Positions 24,470 through 32,000 of a stretch of 32,000 bases of DNA are shown piece by piece (positions within the stretch are counted from its first letter, which is position 1; each line of letters begins with the position of its first letter). The notes below the pieces were generated by a model. It worked only from the letters and a program-made list of their open reading frames with translations. It was not told where the DNA came from and did not search any database. Both the position numbers and the translations under genes were made by a program. The stretch is from Nitrosopumilaceae archaeon (GTDB lineage: Archaea; Thermoproteota; Nitrososphaeria; Nitrososphaerales; Nitrosopumilaceae), in assembly GCA_035528495.1 (NCBI GenBank), contig DATKYM010000045.1:7652-39651 (forward strand), given 5' to 3'.

Positions 24470-25745
24470 TCTGTTCCAGGAAATTTTGGATTGGTTGAGA
24501 TGACATCATGTTTCCAAGATTTTTCTTTATAGAATCAACAATCGTAACATGTGCTGTTCCGTAAATATCTTTGAGAATTCTATTTAGGAATTCTGGCTCA
24601 TCATAACAATCAGCTAGAGTTCTGTTATAATCCGCCATTAATTTCTCTTTTACTTTATTTAGATCTGGTTTTCCAATTTCCAACAATGATTTTTCGATCG
24701 CTATTATGATGAGTTCCTTTGGATCATTACTTGTGGTAGTTACACCCCAATCAACTGAGGTAATGATTTTTCTTACCTCATCTTGAATTTCATAATCATC
24801 ACTAGTCATGGCAACTAGAGTCTCATTTCCGGCATCTAATGGCGATGCACCATCGGCAATTATTCTTGCCCAATTTGCCAGATCACCTACTGAAGGACCG
24901 TAAGGTAAATCGCCGTTTTTGTATTCTTGGCGTAATTTAGCTGCTACATGAACTATACTTGTTGCAGTATCTCTGGGAACTCCAGTACGTTCTAAAAGAA
25001 GGTTTATTTCTTTTTCATCTATATGATTGTCCACACTCATGTAGTCAAAGTTTAGCCAAACGCTCATTCTTCTTCTAAATGCAGCATTCAGTGGTTTAGT
25101 TCCTGTAAATTCAGAAGAGAAAGGATTCATACTGATAATCATGTATGCATCTTTGTGTCGATTAATTAGTTCATTATCTTTTTCATTTAATACCATATGA
25201 CCCCTAGCGTCCAAAATTGGGTTTAGTTTTGTGGCAACATCTTGTTTCATCATATTTGCCTCATCTAAATACAGTATTCCACCATATCTACACCAAGAAG
25301 TAATAATACCATCAATCCAATTTTCTTTTCCTAATCCTATGTAACGACCAAACAGATCATATGCGGATGTTTGTAAACCACAATTAATTTCCCACAATGG
25401 AAGCTGAGTTAGTTCAGCTACAAGGTAAACTATGTGCGTTTTACCTGTACCACTGGGCCCAATACATGCACATTGTTTAAAATATCCTAATGCTCTAACA
25501 ATTCTTTCTACATAATTCTGCCCATTATCATAAAATGGAGGAGTGTCTTGTGGAATCAACTCTTGCATATCTTCAGAGAAATTAAAATTATCTGGATTCA
25601 CATATTTTTTAATATCATAGGTGTGTAACTTCTTTGAATCTACTTTTTTATTTTTGGAAAAATTTATTTTTAAACTAAAATCATCATTATAAACTCTTGA
25701 TGTTTTAAGATTTTTTACATTACCCTCAGATGTGCTTGAAATCAT
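24459..25745 (-). CDS. MoxR-class AAA+ ATPase (AAA_5; CobS/NorQ/CbbQ-like) with N- and C-terminal extensions
   Basis: 428 aa. Walker A GPSGTGKT (aa 96-103), Walker B ILYLDEAN (aa 157-164), Arg-rich NAAFRRRM. Has a ~90-aa N-terminal leader and a ~100-aa helical C-terminal extension beyond the AAA+ core. Confidence 0.85.
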   Translation of the reverse strand: MISSTSEGNVKNLKTSRVYNDDFSLKINFSKNKKVDSKKLHTYDIKKYVNPDNFNFSEDMQELIPQDTPPFYDNGQNYVERIVRALGYFKQCACIGPSGTGKTHIVYLVAELTQLPLWEINCGLQTSAYDLFGRYIGLGKENWIDGIITSWCRYGGILYLDEANMMKQDVATKLNPILDARGHMVLNEKDNELINRHKDAYMIISMNPFSSEFTGTKPLNAAFRRRMSVWLNFDYMSVDNHIDEKEINLLLERTGVPRDTATSIVHVAAKLRQEYKNGDLPYGPSVGDLANWARIIADGASPLDAGNETLVAMTSDDYEIQDEVRKIITSVDWGVTTTSNDPKELIIIAIEKSLLEIGKPDLNKVKEKLMADYNRTLADCYDEPEFLNRILKDIYGTAHVTIVDSIKKNLGNMMSSQPIQNFLEQIAR

Positions 25746-25836
25746 AGAATTAATTTAAAATAAATATGTTAAACAAGAGAGATGTATTGTTATACTACAG
25801 ACAGGCTGTTAATTATGAATAATTAAGATATTAGTC
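25746..25836. promoter_or_regulatory. 91-bp divergent promoter hinge between the two arms of the filament locus
   Basis: Contains AT-rich TATA-like elements in both orientations: TTTATTTTAAA on the minus strand near 25757-25768, and TTAATTAT near 25809-25816, ~21-28 nt before the ATG at 25837. Assignment is by position only. Confidence 0.3.
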
Positions 25837-26373
25837 ATGAATCATGAGGTAGATGTATCTAATTTAATGTTCAATAAAACTGCCGAAAAAACCAGTTTTA
25901 AAAAATATGACATTAACGTTGATCTTGAAGAAGAATCCAGTGATGGTGAAAAAACGATTTTAAAGTATTCTCTAGATTTAACTTCAAATCCAAAAAATTC
26001 TGTCATCAATATAAGCGGAAATACAACATTATCTGGTGAAAAATCAGAGATTGAGGAATTTTTAAAACAAGAAAACGAAAAAACACCTGAAGTTGTATCT
26101 TTAATTTACCAGGAATTATTTCCATTAATGTATATAATTTCAAAGAATATGAAAATTCCATCACCATCTCATACGTTGTCACAAAATAATATTAAACAAT
26201 TCGATGAACAGAATAAAGATATAGATTCCAATGATGATAAACATGAATCAGTTGAACCTAAAAAAGAAAACGAAGAAAATCAAAATGATCAATTAAAAGA
26301 AGGACAATCAGAAATTGTAAAGGATACCACATCCATTGAAACAGAAGGGCAGAATAATGTTTCTGAAACTTGA
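25837..26373 (+). CDS. Hypothetical acidic protein (178 aa): ~115-aa folded-looking N-domain plus Asp/Glu/Asn-rich tail
   Basis: ORF-track entry, first gene of the plus arm, 9 nt upstream of the VWA gene. Confidence 0.6.
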   Translation: MNHEVDVSNLMFNKTAEKTSFKKYDINVDLEEESSDGEKTILKYSLDLTSNPKNSVINISGNTTLSGEKSEIEEFLKQENEKTPEVVSLIYQELFPLMYIISKNMKIPSPSHTLSQNNIKQFDEQNKDIDSNDDKHESVEPKKENEENQNDQLKEGQSEIVKDTTSIETEGQNNVSET

Positions 26374-26382
26374 TGATTTAAA

Positions 26383-27942
26383 TTGCAACAGACATTTCTT
26401 GACATAATCTATAAAATTTTCTATGAAACTGCCCAAAGAGATTTCAAAGATATTAGATTATTATTATCTGAAAAATTTTCTTTCCCTTCTATTAAATTTG
26501 AACCCATTATTGAAGTAAAAATCCCAATTCCAAAAAATACTGAATATGGGATAGTTTATGCAGGTTATTTATTTAAAAATTCTCAAGAAGGTTTAACAAC
26601 TGTGTGGAGTTTTTTTTTATCGACTGTTTATCATTTAGCAGCTCATGTTGCAGTCTCAAATTATTCTGTTTATAATGGTTGGATGAAAGATAAAACACCA
26701 AGATTAGCTTGGAAAGTTATTAATTTTATTGAAGATGATGCAGTTGAAAGGTATCTTTTTTCTACCAATCAGGATGTGTGGATCAACCTTTCAAAAATTA
26801 AAAATGAATATGCTAAACATAACAAATTTAATAAAAATCAATCTAAATTTGCTCTTACTTTAGGCCAAAAAACCAAAAACTCTATTAAAAATGAAATGAG
26901 TCAAGTTACTCTACAACAATTTGATAATGCAAGTAAAAATAATCAAATTCATTGGGCCTCAGAATTATACAAAAATAGATTTTTGTTTTCAGAAGACACT
27001 CCATTTTATTATGAACAAAATAATTACAATCAATCATTAATTTTAAAACACAATAAAATAAAGATATACCCCATTGGAAAATTTGCAAGTAGTGTTAAAA
27101 AATTAAATTTTTTATATCTTGAAGAAAAAGAAAGAATTCAAAATATAATACATAAACTTCGAAGAGATTTAAATGGTTTGAATTTTGAAGATATCGTTCT
27201 TCCAAATGAAGATATTTTCGAATATTTTAAACTCAAAGAGAAAAATAAAAAAATTCTTAAAAAAATTAGGGAGCAAATCAGAAGTGTTCTAAACAATTCC
27301 GAAGATCCAAATACAAACATGTACGGTGAAATAGATATGGAATTAGCAATTCAAGCAATAGCAAGTAATTCTCAAAATTATGCGGAGGTATTTAATAAAC
27401 TAGAAGAGCAGAGAATTGAAGAAACCTGGGGAATTCTTATTGATAATAGTGCAAGTTTGAAGTTGAGATTTGACCAAGTAAAAGATTTCATGCTTTGTCT
27501 TGCAGAAGCATCAGATGAATTAACTGGGCCTGCGGGGTCATGGGGTCTTTATAGTTATGATCAAAAATTTTCTATTTTAAAGGATCATAAAGGAAAATAC
27601 AATCAAGATTCTAAAGCAAGGATTGGAGGTTTGCATAGCGGGGGATTATCATATACATCTGATGCAATTTTATTAGCAGGGAGGATGATGGCCAAAACTC
27701 CTGCCGATCTAAAACATCTTTTTGTGTTTACAGATGATTTTCCTACCGGAGTATGGAATCAGGACCGCAAGCTGGCCCTTGCTGTAAAAGAAGTTGAAGG
27801 GATGGGAATAGAGACCATAGGAGTTGGTTTATCCCCTGGAATTTCAAAATATTTTAAAGATTCCTGTTGGGGAACTAATATTCGTGAATTAGTAGATGCC
27901 TTTGTGAAAGTTTATAGAATGAAATCAATGAAATCACTATAA
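26383..27942 (+). CDS. von Willebrand factor A (VWA) domain protein with intact MIDAS (CobT/NorD/CbbO-like partner of MoxR ATPases)
   Basis: 519 aa. C-terminal VWA with DNSAS (aa 354-358, nt 27442-27456), a downstream Thr in SYTSD and Asp in FVFTDD. No signal peptide or TM segment. The only nearby in-frame start is TTG at 26383. Confidence 0.8.
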   Translation: MQQTFLDIIYKIFYETAQRDFKDIRLLLSEKFSFPSIKFEPIIEVKIPIPKNTEYGIVYAGYLFKNSQEGLTTVWSFFLSTVYHLAAHVAVSNYSVYNGWMKDKTPRLAWKVINFIEDDAVERYLFSTNQDVWINLSKIKNEYAKHNKFNKNQSKFALTLGQKTKNSIKNEMSQVTLQQFDNASKNNQIHWASELYKNRFLFSEDTPFYYEQNNYNQSLILKHNKIKIYPIGKFASSVKKLNFLYLEEKERIQNIIHKLRRDLNGLNFEDIVLPNEDIFEYFKLKEKNKKILKKIREQIRSVLNNSEDPNTNMYGEIDMELAIQAIASNSQNYAEVFNKLEEQRIEETWGILIDNSASLKLRFDQVKDFMLCLAEASDELTGPAGSWGLYSYDQKFSILKDHKGKYNQDSKARIGGLHSGGLSYTSDAILLAGRMMAKTPADLKHLFVFTDDFPTGVWNQDRKLALAVKEVEGMGIETIGVGLSPGISKYFKDSCWGTNIRELVDAFVKVYRMKSMKSL

Positions 27943-28105
27943 ATTTGAAGATTTTGGATTAAATCATAAAAATATTATTATAAAATTCGGTTATTTCCAA
28001 TATTTTACCATTAAACTCCTATCTATCTCCGTGACCCTGAGTTTGTCTGTTCAAAAATATTACACATCAGATCCTATAACCTCATACTGTCATTTTATTT
28101 TAATA

Positions 28106-28774
28106 ATGAAAAACCACGTTTTCACAAAAAAGAGAAAAGGTATCAGTACAGTACTTACCACTGTAATTATCCTGGTAGCTTCGGTAGTTCTTGGTTCTGG
28201 TGTAGTGTTGTATGGAACAAGTCTGTTCCAAACAGTTGCCCAAGAAGAGAGTATCCAAGTACAGGGGATTCAGGTTTGGGTAAATGCAACTGATCCATTA
28301 GGTGATGCGTGGGGAGCAGCAGGTGTAAGAAATAACGGTGACAAGAACTTATCTGTAGACACCATCCACATCAAAGGTGTAACAATACCATATACAAACT
28401 GGTATTGGGATGCAGATCAAACAAGAGTTACCACCGATAACTGGCAAGCGAGCTTTGTTCATGAAGGTACTGCAGGTGTAGGAACTTTAATGAAAAACTC
28501 ACTAGAAGTGACAACTAATTGTTCCGCTTCAACAGTTACTACTTTGGAAATTGATTTTGATGGTGGTGTATCAAATCCAAATGATTCATTGGCCACTCTC
28601 TGTCTACAACAAGGTTCAGGTCCAGTAGGACTTAAACCAGGAGAGAGAGCAATTATCTACTTCCAAGTACCGCAAGAGAAAATCACAACACTTGATGCAG
28701 GAGCTGCAACAACGTTGAAGATATTTGCAGGAGAAGCAGGCGCTCCCCTAAGTACAATCATCCAAAACCCATAG
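28106..28774 (+). CDS. Archaeal type IV pilin-like protein (222 aa), candidate major subunit
   Basis: MKNHVFTKKRKG/ISTVLTTVIILVASVVLGSGVVLYG is a class III signal (basic stretch, Gly, then a hydrophobic helix). The track ORF from 28031 adds 25 implausible residues. Own 163-bp upstream region and a hairpin plus T-tract downstream. Confidence 0.8.
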   Translation: MKNHVFTKKRKGISTVLTTVIILVASVVLGSGVVLYGTSLFQTVAQEESIQVQGIQVWVNATDPLGDAWGAAGVRNNGDKNLSVDTIHIKGVTIPYTNWYWDADQTRVTTDNWQASFVHEGTAGVGTLMKNSLEVTTNCSASTVTTLEIDFDGGVSNPNDSLATLCLQQGSGPVGLKPGERAIIYFQVPQEKITTLDAGAATTLKIFAGEAGAPLSTIIQNP

Positions 28775-28810
28775 GGAGAGTGTTTTTTTGTATCTCTCTT
28801 TTTATTTTAT
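28774..28810 (+). terminator. Hairpin plus T-tract directly after the pilin stop (possible partial terminator)
   Basis: GGGAGAG (28774-28780) can pair with CTCTCTT (28794-28800; 5 Watson-Crick plus 2 G:U pairs) around a T-rich 13-nt loop, followed by TTTATTTTATT. Archaeal termination typically uses oligo-T tracts. Confidence 0.35.
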
Positions 28811-28825
28811 TCAGGAGAATGAAAA

Positions 28826-30376
28826 TTGAAATCTGTAAATGAAAATCAAATTGAACTAGGAGGTATTCTAAATCATGACCTGTTAGATGAAAGCACAATC
28901 AATAAAGTTTCAAATCAATTCAAAATAGTAAAAGAATATTCATTAAATGCACCATTTAGTTATGCAAAAATTTTATGGGATGAGAAAAATTCATATTTTC
29001 AGTATTTTGTGGATGAAATTAAATTAAATTTTGATGAAGAAAGAATTTACAAAGATTTGTACACCTTTGTAGAGGAGAGTTTAGATTCTCTTGAGACCAC
29101 AAAAGAGCAAAAATTTGATGTTCATTTAAACGACGTAATTAAAAAACATGAAATTTTTTTCACCTCAAATCCTATAGCGAGCATGGAAAAGGTCAAATAT
29201 TTTTTAAAAAGAGACATTATGGGTTACGGTGAAATTGACGCTTTAATGCATGACCCAAATATTGAAGATATTAGTTGTAGTGGCCCCAAAAATCCACTAT
29301 ATGTTTGGCATAGACAATATGATAGCTTGTCTTCAAATATCTCCTTTGAGTCACATCAAAAGCTAAATTCATTTATTACTCGTATTGTTTTCAAAGCAGG
29401 AAAACACGTCAGTACTGCCCATCCTATTTCTGACCTGGCAATTACTGGAAATCATAGAATCTCAGTATTGTATCAAAAAGAGATTACTCCAAAAGGGACT
29501 AGTTTCACAATCAGAAAATTCAAAGAGGATCCTTATTCAATAATTGATCTTATTGGATTTGGGACGATTGATATTGAAACTGCAGCATATCTCTGGATGT
29601 TGATTCAAGCCAAGATGTCAATAATGATAATTGGTTCTACAGGTAGTGGAAAAACAACTGTACTTAATTCAATTGCCGGTTTGGTAAGTGAAAATGATAA
29701 ATTATTTTCAGTAGAAGATGTAGCTGAAATTAATATACCACATGATAATTGGTTTTCACTTATTTCAAGATCAGGTTATGGATCAAATGATGAAGGTGAA
29801 ATTGGATTATACGAATTGATCAAATCTGGTGTTAGACATAGGCCAGACTACATTATTGTTGGTGAAATTAGGGGTTCTGAAGCTTATGTAATGTTTCAAG
29901 CAATGGCTACAGGTCATGGAGGCCTAAGCACTATGCATGCAGATAGTTTGGATTCTGCAAGTAAAAGATTACAACAAAAACCAATGAGTATACCGCCAGC
30001 ATATCTTTCTTTGATGAATTGTGCCCTGGTAATTAAAAGGGTAAAAGACAAGGTAACTGGGCAAAGTATGAGACGTGCAATATCTATTGAAGAAATATCT
30101 AGTAGTTCTGCTCCAAATTCAGTAACTACGTGGAACCCTAAATCCGATTATTTTGATCATTCTTTTAGTTCAAGTAAAAATCTTAAAAAAATTTCTGAAC
30201 AAACAGGTGATGAATTTAATGAGGTTTTAAAAGAACATCATAAAAGAACAAAAATCTTGAAATGGATGTCATCTAACAACATCCGAGAACATAAAAAAGT
30301 CACAGAAATGATTAGGAAATATTATAATGATCCAAAATCTGTCTTAAAAAAAATCAATTACGGGGATGAAGAATAA
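28826..30376 (+). CDS. Type IV filament assembly ATPase (archaeal PilB/FlaI-ArlI, VirB11 superfamily)
   Basis: 516 aa. Walker A IIGSTGSGKTTVLN, Walker B/Asp box PDYIIVGEIRGSEA, His box GHGGLSTMHA. TTG start at 28826, with no in-frame ATG for ~120 codons. Confidence 0.9.
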   Translation: MKSVNENQIELGGILNHDLLDESTINKVSNQFKIVKEYSLNAPFSYAKILWDEKNSYFQYFVDEIKLNFDEERIYKDLYTFVEESLDSLETTKEQKFDVHLNDVIKKHEIFFTSNPIASMEKVKYFLKRDIMGYGEIDALMHDPNIEDISCSGPKNPLYVWHRQYDSLSSNISFESHQKLNSFITRIVFKAGKHVSTAHPISDLAITGNHRISVLYQKEITPKGTSFTIRKFKEDPYSIIDLIGFGTIDIETAAYLWMLIQAKMSIMIIGSTGSGKTTVLNSIAGLVSENDKLFSVEDVAEINIPHDNWFSLISRSGYGSNDEGEIGLYELIKSGVRHRPDYIIVGEIRGSEAYVMFQAMATGHGGLSTMHADSLDSASKRLQQKPMSIPPAYLSLMNCALVIKRVKDKVTGQSMRRAISIEEISSSSAPNSVTTWNPKSDYFDHSFSSSKNLKKISEQTGDEFNEVLKEHHKRTKILKWMSSNNIREHKKVTEMIRKYYNDPKSVLKKINYGDEE

Positions 30377-31815
30377 TGTTATCAATAAATAAAATAAATG
30401 AAAAAAGTTTTGAGCATAAACAAGGGAACAAAATCAATGGGGAACTACCATATTTTATCACGATTGTGACCTTACTTAGCAGCGCTGGCCTTGGACCATA
30501 CTTTATGCTTCAGAGAGTAAAATCTATGGAACTCTTACCTACAATAAAAAATGAAACAGTAAAAATGCTAAAACGCATTGATCTGTTAGGCGTGGATCCT
30601 TTAGAGGTAATGCGCCAAGTAAGGACTCATTCTAGTTCAAAAGCCTTGGGAGAATTTTTTGACGGATATGTTTCAACCATAGAGAGTGGAGGAAATATTG
30701 TAAATTATCTAAAAAGTAAAATGAAAACAGTTTACGACAGGCATGCTGAATCCCAAAAGCAATCAGTGGTCAAGTTGGGTGCTCTTGTTGAGGCATACAT
30801 GACCATTCAAGTTGTTTTACTGGCAGTTTACATTATTGGGGCTGCTGTAATTTCAGATCCATTCAATGCATCTGAAACAGGAGTAAGTGCTGAATTGATA
30901 TTTTTAATTGTAACACCTGCAGTATCTGTCTTGTTTCTTTTTGCAGCTAATGCTAATTCTGTTTCAAAAAGTCCAGAGATAGATAAGAAAAAAATAATAA
31001 TTTTTGCTGCGCCTCCATTAATAGTAAGTGGAATTGTAATTGGTTTGAATTTATTTCCTTATCCTGTAATGAATCCCTATTTGCTAGGCGGAGCATTAAT
31101 TGCAGCCTCAATTGTACCGACGATTTATTTCAAAAAAGTGTATGCAATTACAATGGCATCAGAAGATTCTACTCCTAAAATACTTCGTACTATATCAGAA
31201 GCACGAAAGACCGGAATGAGTCCTGAAGGAAGTGTTATTCATGCATGTAAAAGAAAAGAATATGGTGCATTTGATCCAATCGCAAATGGGATAGCAAATA
31301 GGATAGAGTGGGGGGTTGATTTTAAAACTATTTTTCATTATCTACAAAAAGAAATTCAAACCTTTAATGTTTTGATTAGTTTCAATATTTTGTTTGAGTT
31401 AATTTCTGCAGGTGGGGGGAATTCAGAGACGCTTGATTCCTTAACTGAAACCAGTGAAAGACTACATGTAATCCAAAAAGAAAAACGTGAATTGCTTATG
31501 CCTTATTTGTTTGTTGGATTTATTTTAATGGGAACCACAGGATTTACAACTCTTTTAGTGATTGATTCCTTTGCAGACATCGAACAACAAAGTCGAAATT
31601 TATCGGAGATTGAGGAAGTGGTTGTATCAACCTCGTTAGGGTTGTATCCATTTATTGTGCTTATTCAGTCCTGGACTGCAGGTTTATTCCTTGGTAAGGT
31701 AATCAAGGGAGCATTTTCAGGAGGTTTCCTGTATTCTATAATACTCGTTATTATGACATTGATAGGAATAACCTTGGTTCAATTTTCAATAATAGATGTG
31801 AATTCATTATTCTAG
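30376..31815 (+). CDS. Type IV filament platform membrane protein (PilC/FlaJ-ArlJ/TadC family)
   Basis: 479 aa. Two repeats of a cytoplasmic helical domain plus TM helices, the T2SS-F-like layout. Its ATG shares one base with the ATPase stop (TAATG at 30374-30378). Confidence 0.85.
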   Translation: MLSINKINEKSFEHKQGNKINGELPYFITIVTLLSSAGLGPYFMLQRVKSMELLPTIKNETVKMLKRIDLLGVDPLEVMRQVRTHSSSKALGEFFDGYVSTIESGGNIVNYLKSKMKTVYDRHAESQKQSVVKLGALVEAYMTIQVVLLAVYIIGAAVISDPFNASETGVSAELIFLIVTPAVSVLFLFAANANSVSKSPEIDKKKIIIFAAPPLIVSGIVIGLNLFPYPVMNPYLLGGALIAASIVPTIYFKKVYAITMASEDSTPKILRTISEARKTGMSPEGSVIHACKRKEYGAFDPIANGIANRIEWGVDFKTIFHYLQKEIQTFNVLISFNILFELISAGGGNSETLDSLTETSERLHVIQKEKRELLMPYLFVGFILMGTTGFTTLLVIDSFADIEQQSRNLSEIEEVVVSTSLGLYPFIVLIQSWTAGLFLGKVIKGAFSGGFLYSIILVIMTLIGITLVQFSIIDVNSLF

Positions 31816-31883
31816 AAAAACTAGGTGTCTCATAAAGAGTCATACAGTTTCTTATATCGATTTTTAGGCAAATTTTTCATGTA

Positions 31884-32000
31884 TTGAAAACTTTCTTTCT
31901 ATTATTGTTAATTGTAGCCTCCATAATTATGCCAAATGCATATGGGCAAGAACCAAAAAATTTTGGATATAAACAGTTGCCAGATAAATTAGTTGAAGGA
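31884..32000 (+). CDS. Partial CDS (5' end only): secreted/exported protein with Sec-type signal peptide
   Basis: From TTG 31884: (M)KTFFLLLLIVASIIMPNAYGQEPKNFGYKQLPDKLVEG, open to the window end. Signal-like h-region and an AYG/QE cleavage-type site. The start codon is uncertain. Confidence 0.35.
   Translation, partial: MKTFFLLLLIVASIIMPNAYGQEPKNFGYKQLPDKLVEG

Noticed and set aside
26383-26750. HLAAH in the N-terminal region of the VWA protein as a metalloprotease motif.
   Set aside because: It is HxxxH, not HExxH. There is no Glu and no downstream third ligand pattern. Too weak to call.
16724-27320. Track ORFs 16724-16930(-), 20284-20505(+), 20627-20884(+), 22047-22232(+), 23023-23229(-), 23316-23564(+), 26906-27088(-) and 27138-27320(-).
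   Set aside because: They are antisense or out-of-frame shadows within the LOR/SDH, pilin, LamG-pilin and VWA genes, with implausible sequences.
28031-28105. The 25-residue extension (MTLSLSVQKYYTSDPITSYCHFILI) ahead of the pilin signal peptide.
   Set aside because: Class III signals sit at the extreme N-terminus. The ATG at 28106 gives the canonical basic-Gly-hydrophobic layout.
28106-31815. Calling the plus arm an archaellum operon (archaellin-ArlI-ArlJ).
   Set aside because: There are no FlaF/FlaG-type genes and no KaiC-like ArlH between the filament gene and the ATPase, and the filament protein is short. The generic label type IV filament is safer until the ATPase is placed phylogenetically.
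1-32000. Window-wide scan for CRISPR arrays, IS/transposase genes, rRNA, long tandem repeats or prophage blocks.
   Set aside because: None seen. The only repeats noticed are the 24-bp palindrome and the 21-nt intragenic duplication reported above.

Overview
AT-rich (roughly two-thirds A+T by eye, not computed), tightly packed archaeal chromosome segment. I infer a Nitrosopumilus-like ammonia-oxidising thaumarchaeon (Nitrososphaerota). Evidence: class-III-signal pilins, FlaI/FlaJ-type secretion genes, a KaiC-like ATPase, a TrmB regulator, stand-alone Lrp/AsnC RAM proteins, a thiolase+DUF35 pair, many CxxC mini-proteins, and TATA boxes spaced for leaderless mRNAs. No database search was possible, so all product calls rest on motifs read from the translations. 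Positions 1-17.6 kb are mostly housekeeping or scattered genes: a partial Hjc-like nuclease, an LLM oxidoreductase-thiolase-DUF35 operon, a sugar nucleotidyltransferase, divergent purK/purE, threonine dehydratase, a class III nucleotidyl cyclase, a VOC protein, tRNA-Phe(GAA), a PduO-type corrinoid adenosyltransferase, an HD hydrolase and a LOR/SDH-family protein. This stretch is interrupted by a 1.56-kb ORF-poor island (10244-11805) holding a 24-bp perfect palindrome and Cys-rich micro-ORFs. Positions 17.6-31.8 kb form one two-armed locus transcribed outward from a 91-bp hinge (25746-25836). The minus arm runs MoxR-class AAA+ ATPase, polytopic membrane protein, small pilin, 818-aa LamG-bearing pilin, two unknown proteins, TrmB, KaiC-like ATPase. 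The plus arm runs acidic protein, VWA/MIDAS protein, pilin, PilB/FlaI-type ATPase, PilC/FlaJ-type platform. The main candidate for an undescribed system is this AAA+/VWA/membrane/acidic-protein module at the centre of an archaeal type IV filament locus. No CRISPR array, IS element, integrase or rRNA was seen. Several convergent gene pairs overlap at their 3' ends (7002-7009, 12633-12636, 15352-15355; 17602/17603 abut), and many same-strand neighbours overlap in ATGA or TAATG, so operons are translationally coupled.
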